Source: Hyphomicrobiaceae bacterium | GTDB lineage: Bacteria > Pseudomonadota > Alphaproteobacteria > Rhizobiales > Hyphomicrobiaceae | Direction of reading: 5' to 3' | DNA: 64,000 nucleotides | NCBI GenBank assembly: GCA_036768475.1 | Contig: DAIPMW010000012.1 | Coordinates: forward strand, 35,825-99,824 | Shown: one piece after another, positions 9,403-18,338 of the stretch | Layout of the letters: each line of letters begins with the position of its first letter | How positions within the stretch are numbered: the first letter of the stretch is position 1 | Notes under the pieces: generated by a model | Told to the model about the DNA's origin: nothing | The model's database searches: none | The model's input: the letters and a program-made list of their open reading frames with translations, nothing else | Position numbers and translations under genes: made by a program

Positions 9403-10349
9403 CCGCCCAATCCCAGCATCAGGCGGATATTCTGCACCGCCGCACCCGACGCGCCTTTGCCAAGGTTGTCGAGACGCGCGACCAGCACGGCCTGACCATG
9501 CTTTGGATGGCCGAACACGGCGAGTTGCATCGTATCGGTGCCGTTGAGATCCTCTGCGGAAATTCGCCCCTTGAAGACCGTGGCTGTATCGCGCACCACG
9601 CTGACGAGCTTCGATCCCGCATAGTGCTTCACCAGCGCCTCTTCGATGTCAGCGAGGCCCGGCCGCCCCGGCAGGGTGTCGAGATGCAGCGGAACCGATA
9701 CGAGCATTCCCTGACGGAAGTTGCCGACGGACGGCACGAAGATCGGCCGGCGCTCGAGCCGGGCGTACATCTGCAACTCGGGCACGTGCTTGTGCTCCAG
9801 ACCGAGACCGTACAGCTCGAAAGAAGGCGCGGTCTTTTTTACCTCGTAGGCCTCGATCATCGATTTGCCGCCGCCCGAATAGCCCGAGACCGCATTGACG
9901 GTGATGGCATAGTCGTTGGGCATGATGCCGGCTTCGACGAGCGGGCGGATGAGCGCGATGCCGCCCGTCGGATAGCATCCGGGGTTGGCGACACGCTGAG
10001 CCTTCGCGATCGCGATTGCCTGATTGGCATCGAGTTCGGCAAAGCCGTAGACCCATCCTGGCGCCACGCGATGCGCGGTCGATGCGTCGACGATCTTCGG
10101 CGCCTCGCTGCCGAGCCCATCCGCCAGGGCGACGGCCTCCTTTGCCGCCTCGTCTGGCAGGCACAGCACGACCAGATCCACCTCGCGCATCAGGCTCGCG
10201 CGCGCTTCCGGATCCTTTCGCCTTTCAGGATCGATCGAGCGTACCGATATGTCGCGAGCGCCCGCCAGCCGCTCGCGGATCTCCAGGCCCGTGGTTCCGG
10301 CCTCGCCATCGATGAAGACGGTTTTCGTCTCAGCTGTCTTGATCGTCAT
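9399..10349 (-). CDS. argC: N-acetyl-gamma-glutamyl-phosphate reductase
   Basis: 316 aa. MTIKTAETKTVFIDGEAGTTGLEIRERL... with active-site region NPGCYPTG. Confidence 0.95.
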   Translation of the reverse strand: MTIKTAETKTVFIDGEAGTTGLEIRERLAGARDISVRSIDPERRKDPEARASLMREVDLVVLCLPDEAAKEAVALADGLGSEAPKIVDASTAHRVAPGWVYGFAELDANQAIAIAKAQRVANPGCYPTGGIALIRPLVEAGIMPNDYAITVNAVSGYSGGGKSMIEAYEVKKTAPSFELYGLGLEHKHVPELQMYARLERRPIFVPSVGNFRQGMLVSVPLHLDTLPGRPGLADIEEALVKHYAGSKLVSVVRDTATVFKGRISAEDLNGTDTMQLAVFGHPKHGQAVLVARLDNLGKGASGAAVQNIRLMLGLGG

Positions 10350-10362
10350 TTTTCAATGCGCC

Positions 10363-11127
10363 TTAACCCGCACCCGGCCCTAGTCCGAGCCTGTGCATGA
10401 TGCCATCGAAAATGGTCTCCGAGCAGCCCACACCCCAGGCGGCGCAAGCAATGTGATGGCTGTCGCGATAGATCATATCGAGTGCCACGTAGAGAATAAT
10501 GAGGAGGCCGATCCACGCGATCCAGGGATAGCGCGCCAGCAGCTTGGCAATGTAGGTCGATGCGACCGCCATCAGAATTATCGCAATCGCAAGGCCGATC
10601 ACCAGCACCAACGTCGATTCACCCGCCGCCCCCGCGACCGCGAGCACGTTGTCCAGCGACATCGAGAGATCAGCCAGGATAATGGTCCACAGCGCGCCCC
10701 AGAAGCCGGTCTGGTCGCCCGATACGCTGCCAGATGCCAGGTTGGCCTCGACGGTGTCGATCGAATGAGCGTTCTCGCCGACGATCTGCCGGTACATTTT
10801 CCAGCAAACGAACAACAGCAGCAAACCACCGGCAAGCGTCAGGCCGATGATTTGCAGCATCTGCTGCGCGATGCCCGAAAACAGGATGCGCAGCACCACC
10901 GCGCCAGCTATGCCCCAGAAGATAACCTTGGCGCGCATGTCGGGGCGAACCCGGGAAGCCGCCATGCCGACGACGATGGCGTTGTCACCGGCCAGCGTCA
11001 GGTCGATCATCAAGATGTTGAAGAGCGCCAGCGAGTTCAACTGCCACCAGGTCGGCGAAAGGAGATGACCGATCTCCTCGGAGAGTTCCGTCACCATGCT
11101 TGCAGCGCTCAAAGCCAAGCTTTCCAT
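10363..11127 (-). CDS. TerC-family integral membrane protein (YjbE-like)
   Basis: 254 aa, multi-TM. Repeated LAGDNAIVVG and SLDNVLAVAG motifs are characteristic of TerC/YjbE. Confidence 0.85.
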   Translation of the reverse strand: MESLALSAASMVTELSEEIGHLLSPTWWQLNSLALFNILMIDLTLAGDNAIVVGMAASRVRPDMRAKVIFWGIAGAVVLRILFSGIAQQMLQIIGLTLAGGLLLLFVCWKMYRQIVGENAHSIDTVEANLASGSVSGDQTGFWGALWTIILADLSMSLDNVLAVAGAAGESTLVLVIGLAIAIILMAVASTYIAKLLARYPWIAWIGLLIILYVALDMIYRDSHHIACAAWGVGCSETIFDGIMHRLGLGPGAG

Positions 11128-11270
11128 TCAACTCCCCCCATGATCGGTTTTGCGCCCCTCCAGGGCCGTGTCTTTGAGCGGCGCCAGCGTAAGACTCTGC
11201 ACACTGCGCCGGGCTGGTCGCGGGAGGACATGTGGCATTCCACAGCCCACCTTGCAAGGCGACACGGCGA

Positions 11271-11302
11271 CAAAAGAGAACAGCCCGCCGAAGGGCGGGC
11301 TG
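11271..11302 (-). terminator. rho-independent terminator of rplM-rpsI
   Basis: On the minus strand: CAGCCCGCC-cttc-GGCGGGCTG followed by ttctctttt, about 25 nt after the rpsI stop. Confidence 0.65.
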
Positions 11303-11326
11303 TTCGCAAAGGGATCTGCAATGGCC

Positions 11327-11803
11327 TTAGCGCTTCGAGAACTGGAAGCTGCGGCGGGCCTTGGCGCGACCGTATTTCTTGCGCTCCACCGTGCGGCTGT
11401 CCCGGGTCAAGAACCCGCCGCGCTTGAGCACCGGGCGCAGGTCGGGCTCGTAGTAGGTCAGCGCCTTGGAGATGCCGTGACGCACCGCGCCGGCCTGGCC
11501 GGAAAGTCCGCCGCCGGCGACCGTGACGTTGATGTCGTACTGATCGGCGCGATTGGCGGCCTTGATCGGCTGCATCAGAAGCATCTGCAGGACTGGACGG
11601 CCGAAGTAGACCGTGAAGTCCTTGTCGTTGACAGTGATTTTGCCGTGTCCCGGCTTTAGCCAGACCCGCGCGACCGCGTCTTTGCGCTTGCCGGTGGCGT
11701 AGGCGCGCCCGTGCGCGTCGAGCTTTTGTACGTGAACCGGAGCGGCCTGGACGGCGTCCTTCAACCCGCCGAGATCCTCGAGTGTCTTGGTCTCGTTCGA
11801 CAT
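11327..11803 (-). CDS. rpsI: 30S ribosomal protein S9
   Basis: 158 aa ending ...RRSFQFSKR. Located downstream of rplM. Confidence 0.97.
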   Translation of the reverse strand: MSNETKTLEDLGGLKDAVQAAPVHVQKLDAHGRAYATGKRKDAVARVWLKPGHGKITVNDKDFTVYFGRPVLQMLLMQPIKAANRADQYDINVTVAGGGLSGQAGAVRHGISKALTYYEPDLRPVLKRGGFLTRDSRTVERKKYGRAKARRSFQFSKR

Positions 11804-11808
11804 GATCC

Positions 11809-12270
11809 TCAGGCCCTCGTGTTCTTGCTGTTCATTTTGGCGACGTCGAGCTTGGTCGGGTTCTGCGCGCCGTGCGGATGCTCAGCTCCCTTGTAGACCT
11901 TGAGGTTTCGCATCAGCTTGCGTTGCAGCGGACCGCGCTTCAGCATGCGCTCGACAGCCTTTTCGATGACGCGCTCGGGGAACTTGCCCTTGATGATCTG
12001 GCGCGGCGTCCGGCTCTTGATGCCGCCGGGATAGCCCGTGTGCCAGTGGTAGACCTTGTCCTCGTACTTGTTGCCGGTGAAGACGACCTTCTCGGCGTTG
12101 ACGACGATGATGTTGTCACCGCAGTCGACGTGCGGCGTGTATATGGCGCGGTGTTTGCCCTTGAGGCGGGTGGCGATCAGGGCCGCGAGCCGGCCGACGA
12201 CGAGACCGTCGGCGTCGATCACGACCCACTTCTTTTCCACCTCGCCGGGCTTGGCGACGAAGGTTTTCAT
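11809..12270 (-). CDS. rplM: 50S ribosomal protein L13
   Basis: 153 aa. [29 protein letters not shown]... Confidence 0.97.
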   Translation of the reverse strand: MKTFVAKPGEVEKKWVVIDADGLVVGRLAALIATRLKGKHRAIYTPHVDCGDNIIVVNAEKVVFTGNKYEDKVYHWHTGYPGGIKSRTPRQIIKGKFPERVIEKAVERMLKRGPLQRKLMRNLKVYKGAEHPHGAQNPTKLDVAKMNSKNTRA

Positions 12271-12419
12271 GTCTCAATGCTCCTGGCGAAGGGCGAGCGC
12301 CGTGGGGCCGCCCATATCGAGGGGCCATGGCCGCGCCTTCCGTCTGTCGGGATGAATTGCGGTCGCCGGAGCCTTGCGAAGCACCGGACTGCGCGAGTGA
12401 GTAGGCACGGCGTTGGAAT

Positions 12420-12443
12420 CTGTCAATATCTATTTTTTGACAG
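12420..12443 (-). promoter_or_regulatory. AT-rich inverted repeat containing a TTGACA, candidate rplM promoter/operator region
   Basis: CTGTCAA-N10-TTGACAG within the only AT-rich stretch upstream of rplM. No convincing -10 element could be assigned. Confidence 0.25.
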
Positions 12444-12497
12444 CCTGAAATTTTCACTGGGAAATCAGATCATTAGATAATGTGGTAAAATAATACC

Positions 12498-12965
12498 TTA
12501 ACGCAGCACCTGCGCACTGCCGCTGTCGGGCAGCACATAGGTCGCCGTGGTGTGGGCCAGCAGTGTCTCTCCGCCCGCATCGCTGATGGCCACCTCACCA
12601 ACTACCAGCCGGCGGCCGACCTTCAGGAGCTTCGCCTCGGCGATGAGCTCGCCCGGAGCCGGGCGTTTCAGGAAATTCACGTTGAGCGATGTGGTCACCG
12701 CCTGCAGCGCAGAATCGCCGAGCGTCGCCAGGATTGTGACATAGACGGCGACGTCCGCCAGCATCACCATTGCCGGTCCCGATACGGTCCCGCCCGGTCG
12801 CAGATGCTCGACGCTTTCGGGAAGCCTGAGCCGCGCTTGCCTGTCAGCGACGCTATCGATCAAGATCAGCTTGCCGCCGTCGCCGACTTGAGGAAAATGC
12901 TGCTTCATGAGCGCGCTGACTTCCTCCAGTGTGAGGCGTTGCTTGGCAGTCTCTCGATCGGTCAT
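12498..12965 (-). CDS. PaaI-family hotdog-fold thioesterase
   Basis: 155 aa. GGTVSGPAMVMLADVA and the overall length and pattern match PaaI/YigI thioesterases. Confidence 0.75.
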   Translation of the reverse strand: MTDRETAKQRLTLEEVSALMKQHFPQVGDGGKLILIDSVADRQARLRLPESVEHLRPGGTVSGPAMVMLADVAVYVTILATLGDSALQAVTTSLNVNFLKRPAPGELIAEAKLLKVGRRLVVGEVAISDAGGETLLAHTTATYVLPDSGSAQVLR

Positions 12966-13048
12966 CTTATTCCCGTCTCACTTCTTTAATTTGGTCACAT
13001 GAAACCGTGACTTTAACGGTCGGCAACACAAACAGGAAGGAACGCGCA

Positions 13049-13579
13049 ATGCGTTTGATTGGTCGGTACATAACTCGGCTTACCCTGGCGCTGGTTCTGG
13101 CGGTTGCCTCCGCTGCCGCGCCGACTCGCGCTCAGGAAACTGGGACGGAGGTCAAGCAGATCAAGCTGACTGAGGCTCAGGTCAAGGGCTTCATCTCCGC
13201 GCAGAAGGATCTTGCTGACATTTCCGAAAAACTGGAGAAGGCGGGCGACAAGCCTGATGACGCACTGCAGAAAGAACTCGATGAAGTGGCCAAGAAGCAT
13301 GGCTTCACAGGCTTCGAAGAGCTTGATGACGTCGCGGCATCCGTGTCCACAGTCATGGCAGGGCTTGATCCTGAGAGTGGCGAATTTACCGATCCCAAGG
13401 AAGCCATGAAGAAGGAGCTTGCGGATATCGAGGCGGACAGCGCCATTCCTGCAGCCGAAAAGAAGTTGCTCATCGAGGAACTGAACGAGGCGATCAAGAC
13501 GACCCCTCCGATCATCCATCAGGAGAACATCGATCTCATCAAGAAATACCGCGCCGAAATCGAGGCTGCGATGCAATAA
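13049..13579 (+). CDS. exported Glu/Lys-rich hypothetical protein
   Basis: ATG 13049 is preceded by AGGAAGGA. Signal peptide MRLIGRYITRLTLALVLAVASAAAPTRAQE. No recognisable domain. Confidence 0.6.
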   Translation: MRLIGRYITRLTLALVLAVASAAAPTRAQETGTEVKQIKLTEAQVKGFISAQKDLADISEKLEKAGDKPDDALQKELDEVAKKHGFTGFEELDDVAASVSTVMAGLDPESGEFTDPKEAMKKELADIEADSAIPAAEKKLLIEELNEAIKTTPPIIHQENIDLIKKYRAEIEAAMQ

Positions 13580-13639
13580 CACGGCTCAGTGGGCACATTG
13601 CGGGACGATCCCGTCACCCACGATTGGCGAATTTCCATC

Positions 13640-13690
13640 GAACGGCGGTCGCGGCTATGCTGGCCGCCGTTCGCATTTCTGCTCCCCGTT
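13640..13690 (+). terminator. candidate terminator after the exported protein gene
   Basis: GAACGGCGG-15 nt-CCGCCGTTC followed by a T-rich stretch (gcatttctgctccccgttttt). Confidence 0.35.
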
Positions 13691-13730
13691 TTTATTGGGA
13701 TAGAGCGATATTATTGCAAGGAGACCCCGC

Positions 13731-14552
13731 ATGAACGACTTGGCAAACACCGAGCTGGCGAGCGCCCCGGCGGTGATAACACGGCCTGAACGGGGCATTG
13801 CCGTCGTCACGCTCAATCGCCCGAAGAGCCGCAATGCCCTTTCTCTTGGCATGATGGCGGCGCTACAGGTGGCTTTCGAGATGCTGGGTCAGGATAAAGA
13901 CATTGCAGCCATCGTCTTGACCGCCAATGGTCCTGCCTTCTCCGCGGGTCATGATCTCAAGGAGCTGACGGCCCACCGCGGCGATGCCGATGGCGGCCGT
14001 GATTTCTTCCGTCAGACGATGGACCGCTGCGCCAAGGTGATGCTGTCGATCATCCAGTGCCCGAAGCCTGTCATCGCCGCCGTCGAGGCGACCGCCACCG
14101 CTGCCGGCTGCCAGCTGGTTGCCTCATGCGATCTCGCAGTCGCTGCCGATACCGCGAAGTTCTGTACGCCGGGCGTCAACATCGGCCTGTTTTGCTCCAC
14201 CCCCATGGTCGCGCTCTCGCGCAACGTACCGCGCAAGCGCGCAATGGAGATGCTGCTGCTGGGCGAGTTGATCGGCGCACACGAGGCGTCGCAATACGGT
14301 CTCGTCAACAAGGCCGTGGCGAAAGAGAACGTGATGGACGAGGCAATGACCTATGCGCGTCGTATCGTTGCCAAATCGCCGGCCACCGTCGCCATCGGCA
14401 AGGAGGCCTTCTACCATCAGATAGAGCAGCCACTTTCCCAGGCTTACGACTACGCGGTCGGTATCATGGTGCAGAACATGCTTTATCGTGACGCCGAAGA
14501 AGGCATCGGCGCCTTCCTCGACAAGCGCCAGCCCGAGTGGAAAGGTTGTTGA
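13731..14552 (+). CDS. enoyl-CoA hydratase/isomerase (crotonase) family protein
   Basis: 273 aa. Crotonase-fold motifs: LNRPKSRNAL, FSAGHDLKE, GCQLVASCDL. Confidence 0.85.
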   Translation: MNDLANTELASAPAVITRPERGIAVVTLNRPKSRNALSLGMMAALQVAFEMLGQDKDIAAIVLTANGPAFSAGHDLKELTAHRGDADGGRDFFRQTMDRCAKVMLSIIQCPKPVIAAVEATATAAGCQLVASCDLAVAADTAKFCTPGVNIGLFCSTPMVALSRNVPRKRAMEMLLLGELIGAHEASQYGLVNKAVAKENVMDEAMTYARRIVAKSPATVAIGKEAFYHQIEQPLSQAYDYAVGIMVQNMLYRDAEEGIGAFLDKRQPEWKGC

Positions 14553-14717
14553 GCATCAACAATAGGCCGTAAAGACATTTGCGGCGCGTGGCGGGCGGAT
14601 TGGAGCCCGGTGAGCGTTGCCGTGCCGTCATCCGCCCGTTCGTCGTGGTGGAACCCCGCTGAAGCGCGGGCCCGCTCATGCCATCTTCCGCTACCTTCTG
14701 ATGGGAGACGACAGATC

Positions 14718-15182
14718 ATGGCTGAAACACATCGCGAAGCTTTGCCGCAGCGGCTTTCGCTCGTGACGCTCGGCGTTGAGAGCATGCCCCGTGCCCGCAC
14801 CTTTTATGAGAGCCTCGGTTTCAAGGCCGCCGGTTTCGAGAACGAGGAGGTGGCTTTCTTCGATATGAACGGGACAATCCTCGCACTCTTCGCTCGCCGG
14901 TCGCTCGCACAAGACGCCAACGTGCCGCAAGAAGGCTCCGGCTTTCGTGCGGTATCTTGCGCCATCAACATGGAAAGTGAGGTGGCAGTCGATCGTGCCC
15001 TTGCATTTGCAGAAAGTTGCGGCGCGCGTATTACGAAACCGGCCGAAAGGGTCTTCTGGGGCGGCTACTCGGGTTATTTTGCCGATCCTGATGGCCATTT
15101 GTGGGAGATCGCTTTCAACCCGGTCTGGCCGCTCGATGCCAACGGCCGCCCGCAGCTTCCGCCGCCCAACCCGAAGGCCTGA
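14718..15182 (+). CDS. VOC (glyoxalase/bleomycin-resistance) family protein
   Basis: Start at ATG 14718 (MAETHREALPQRLSLVTLGV...). Contains FADPDGHLWEI, typical of VOC proteins. Confidence 0.75.
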   Translation: MAETHREALPQRLSLVTLGVESMPRARTFYESLGFKAAGFENEEVAFFDMNGTILALFARRSLAQDANVPQEGSGFRAVSCAINMESEVAVDRALAFAESCGARITKPAERVFWGGYSGYFADPDGHLWEIAFNPVWPLDANGRPQLPPPNPKA

Positions 15183-15185
15183 CGC

Positions 15186-15725
15186 ATGAACCACGACAGC
15201 TACGACGACAATTATATTGCTGACATCCTCGGTGAGGTGCGTTCATTCGCACTCGTCGGCGCCAGTGCCAACCCTGCACGCCCGAGCTTCTTCGTCACCC
15301 GCTATCTGCTCTCGAAGGGCTATACGGTGCATCCGGTCAACCCTGGTCACGCCGGCGGTGAGATCTTGGGCCAGACCGTCTATGCGTCGCTGGCCGATGT
15401 GCCGCCGCCCGTCGATGTCGTCGATATCTTCCGCAAGTCTGAAGCGGCGCTGGAGATCACACGCACTGCGATCCGCCTCAAGGACAGACTGCAGATCAAG
15501 GTTATCTGGATGCAACTGGGCGTTCGCAACGATGAAGCCGCAGCCGAGGCGGAAGCAGCAGGTCTCAAGGTGGTCATGAACCGCTGCCCCAAGATCGAGT
15601 ACGGCCGGCTGTCGGGAGAGATTGGCTGGGCCGGCGTCAATTCCGGCATGATCTCCAGCGTTCGGCCCAAGCTCGGTACGACGGGCCTGCAGAACCATGT
15701 CATCGCGACGAAGCGCTCGCAGTGA
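15186..15725 (+). CDS. CoA-binding domain protein (YccU-like)
   Basis: 179 aa. FALVGASANPARPS...VHPVNP...VDIFR pattern. Confidence 0.75.
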   Translation: MNHDSYDDNYIADILGEVRSFALVGASANPARPSFFVTRYLLSKGYTVHPVNPGHAGGEILGQTVYASLADVPPPVDVVDIFRKSEAALEITRTAIRLKDRLQIKVIWMQLGVRNDEAAAEAEAAGLKVVMNRCPKIEYGRLSGEIGWAGVNSGMISSVRPKLGTTGLQNHVIATKRSQ

Positions 15726-17058
15726 TCCGGCGAGCCCCCGGCGCGCCCATGCGGCGCCCACGTCCCGCCATGAGCGACCCCAGAAGCAGCGCGAGGGGAA
15801 GCCAGTAGACGGCGAAGTAGAGTTCTGTCCACGTGACGCCGCCCGGTGGCCGCGGCAGTTGCAAGACGACCGCCATGAGCGTCATTGCGAACGCCCATGC
15901 CCGGGGCGCGAGCACGAGCAGGGCGACAAGAAAGCCGAAGTACCAGGGGTAGTGCGGCGAAACGAGAAATACGAACGCCCCTCCCAGTAGAAGCAGGTGG
16001 TCGAAACGCAACTCGTCTGCGCGCCGTTGCATCAGGGTGAACAGCGCCAGCCCGGCGAACAGGGCGAATGCCGCGCCCAGATACAGACCGACCGGTGGAT
16101 CGGCGAGCCCGAAATCGCGCAACAGCCAGATGGAATGGAAGCCCCAGCCTGCCCGATAGCCCTCATTGTCCAGGTGTGAACCGAGGAAGCCGAGCACCTG
16201 CCGGCCTGCTTCGCCAACGTAAGGCAGATAGAACAGCACTGCGGTTGCCACGAACGCTGTCGGGAGCCGCCAGTCGAAGTGCCGCCATAGCGCCGGCAGC
16301 AGCACCACGGGGAAGTACTTGATGAGTGCCGACACCGCGAAGATGGCGCCGGTGAGCCCCTGCCTGCCGCGCACCGCGGCCAGGAGGCCAAGTGCGATTC
16401 CCGCTGTCGCGGCTGCGTCGATATGGCTTTGCGAGACGAACTCCCAGATCGGTAGCGGGTGCCAAGCGTAGATAATGATGCGTTCTCGCGCCCATCCAAG
16501 CTGGCCGAGCAGCAGGATGAGGGCGCCGATGGTGACGAGGTCGAGCAGTGCCATGACGGTGCGGATTCCGGTCAGGCTGTCATCGATCCAATGCCCGATG
16601 CGGAACAACAGTTCTGCCGTAGGCGGATAGATTGTGACCGCGTGCTCCTTCTGGTTGATGCTCGGGTAGATCGATTGATCGCGAAGATGTTCGAGGCGCT
16701 CATCGGCGGGCACGTAGAGGTAGGGGTTGAAGCCTGCCGCCTGGACGCGTCCGTCCCAGACGTAGCGGTAGGCGTCCGTGGAGAGGTTGGGTGCCGGCGT
16801 CAGCGCCATCCCGCGCAGCACGAGGGCGACGAGGAGAATGAGGGCGAAGTCACGTCGCAGCGGCGGCCGCCAGATCACGATGCCCACTGCGATAAGGTAA
16901 ATGGCGCCGGAGCCAAGCGAGATCCCGACGTACCGGCTGATAAGTCCAAGATCGATGGCCTCGGCGGCATGTGCGGCAAACAGCACGCTGAGCAATCCGG
17001 CCGCGAATAGCCCCGGATGAAACAAATCTCGACTTTCTCTTTCTGTCGAAACGGTCAT
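15700..17058 (-). CDS. polytopic membrane glycosyltransferase, GT87/DUF2029 (PimE-like) family
   Basis: 452 aa with at least 10 TM segments. The loop DAYRYVWDGRVQAAGFNPY...IYPPTAELLF is typical of DUF2029 mannosyltransferase-like proteins. Confidence 0.7.
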   Translation of the reverse strand: MTVSTERESRDLFHPGLFAAGLLSVLFAAHAAEAIDLGLISRYVGISLGSGAIYLIAVGIVIWRPPLRRDFALILLVALVLRGMALTPAPNLSTDAYRYVWDGRVQAAGFNPYLYVPADERLEHLRDQSIYPSINQKEHAVTIYPPTAELLFRIGHWIDDSLTGIRTVMALLDLVTIGALILLLGQLGWARERIIIYAWHPLPIWEFVSQSHIDAAATAGIALGLLAAVRGRQGLTGAIFAVSALIKYFPVVLLPALWRHFDWRLPTAFVATAVLFYLPYVGEAGRQVLGFLGSHLDNEGYRAGWGFHSIWLLRDFGLADPPVGLYLGAAFALFAGLALFTLMQRRADELRFDHLLLLGGAFVFLVSPHYPWYFGFLVALLVLAPRAWAFAMTLMAVVLQLPRPPGGVTWTELYFAVYWLPLALLLGSLMAGRGRRMGAPGARRITASASSR

Positions 17059-17464
17059 GCAGGTGGGTTCTGCAACTTCGCCCCTCGGTCCAAAACAGCG
17101 ACAGACCCAAAAGATTTACGCAGGGGCTCACGAGAAACTATGTCGCAGGGTGAACTAAACTCTACTGTTGCGCGTTTGCGTCTTGGGTCGCATCCGTTCC
17201 CGCCGTTGGTGTGTTGTGCATGGAGAGGTTATCAACGCCACGGATTGGCCCTCGAAATGCCCCATTGATCGGCCCAATTTAATCATCCACGACCGTTGGG
17301 GGTTAAGTTTCGTTCGGTCAGGTATCACTCACGCATGTGGGCCCGTTTCGTGGCTCGCACTAAATCGGTGTCATTGTCGTAAGGTTGATCCAATCGATTG
17401 GGCCCTTTACGACAAGGCACTAATGCGAGCATAAATTGGCCAATGGTCTCTTCTGGAGCTACCA

Positions 17465-18100
17465 ATGAAGTCGAATGTGGTCAAATCAGTAGAATTGAAG
17501 ATCGACTGGTCGGCGCAGACCATCCTTCCTATCGAGTTCCGTGGGCGGGAGGTTATGCTCGATGCACGCGCCTACCAGGGCGTCGAGCCACACATGCAGG
17601 CGCTCGCTCTCATTCACCGGGCGAAGGATACCGCCAACGATGAAGTGCCGCTCGTCCGGGTTCATTCGGGCTGCGTCACCGGCGACATTTTCCACTCGCT
17701 CAAGTGTGATTGCTACGCCCAGTTGCAGGCCGCGCTCGATCGGATCACGACGACGCCCGTCGGCGTTCTGATCTACCTGCCATATCACGAGGGTCGTGGC
17801 ATCGGCTTGGTCAACAAGATCCGCGCCTACGCGCTTCAGGACCAGGGGCTCGACACGGTTGACGCCAACCTCGAGATCGGCGCACCGATCGATGCGCGCG
17901 AGTACGATCTGGCCGCACACGTTCTGTTCGATCTCGGCATGCCCGAGATCAGGCTGCTCTCCAACAATCCTGCCAAGGTCGAGGCGCTGCGTGCAGAAGG
18001 CATCAAGGTTGCCGAGCAGGTGGCGGTCCACACCGAGCCGTCGATCTACAACAAGCGCTATCTGGAGACCAAGCGCGTACGCATGGCGCACAAGTTGTAA
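17465..18100 (+). CDS. ribA: GTP cyclohydrolase II
   Basis: 211 aa. VRVHSGCVTGDIFHSLKCDC zinc site, HEGRGIGLVNKIRAY, RLLSNNPAKV. Confidence 0.9.
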   Translation: MKSNVVKSVELKIDWSAQTILPIEFRGREVMLDARAYQGVEPHMQALALIHRAKDTANDEVPLVRVHSGCVTGDIFHSLKCDCYAQLQAALDRITTTPVGVLIYLPYHEGRGIGLVNKIRAYALQDQGLDTVDANLEIGAPIDAREYDLAAHVLFDLGMPEIRLLSNNPAKVEALRAEGIKVAEQVAVHTEPSIYNKRYLETKRVRMAHKL

Positions 18101-18166
18101 TCCGGACCGCAGACCGAAGCGATTCCATGAAAAACGTGTTTCATGAGACATGAACACGTTCGATAA

Positions 18167-18200
18167 CGCCGCCGTCCGCTCCGAAGGGCGGCGGTTTTTT
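18167..18200 (+). terminator. rho-independent terminator of ribA-like gene
   Basis: GCCGCCGTCCGCTCCGAAGGGCGGCGG followed by TTTTTT. An extra hairpin at 18133-18160 precedes it. Confidence 0.7.
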
Positions 18201-18232
18201 GTGCGCAGCAAGGGCCTCAAATTTGAACGGAT

Positions 18233-18338
18233 TTAGAGCATGTTTAGCTGAAGTGTGCAGCGGTTCAGCGTGAAAAACATGCTCGAAACAAGGTTCTGGA
18301 TCGCGTTCATGTTTGAGAGAAACATGAACGCGATCTAG
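18233..18338 (+). repeat. double-hairpin intergenic repeat, copy B
   Basis: ttagagcatgtttagctgaagtgtgcagcggttcagcgtgaaaaacatgctc...gatcgcgttcatgtttgagagaaacatgaacgcgatctag. Lies between the convergent ribA-like and ndvA-like genes. Confidence 0.9.

Noticed and set aside
11128-11270. yybP-ykoY (manganese) riboswitch in the leader of the TerC-family gene.
   Set aside because: TerC-family genes often carry this riboswitch. Here the only GGGGAG-like string is the SD region at the start codon, and I could not find the two conserved helical junction motifs. Worth a covariance-model scan, but not supported by eye.
17101-17464. FMN (RFN) riboswitch upstream of the GTP cyclohydrolase II gene.
   Set aside because: Only a GCAGGGTGAA fragment matches. 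The conserved ACCGGCGGT, AGCCCGCGA and GCCGACGGT/AGTCCGGATG blocks of the RFN element are absent.
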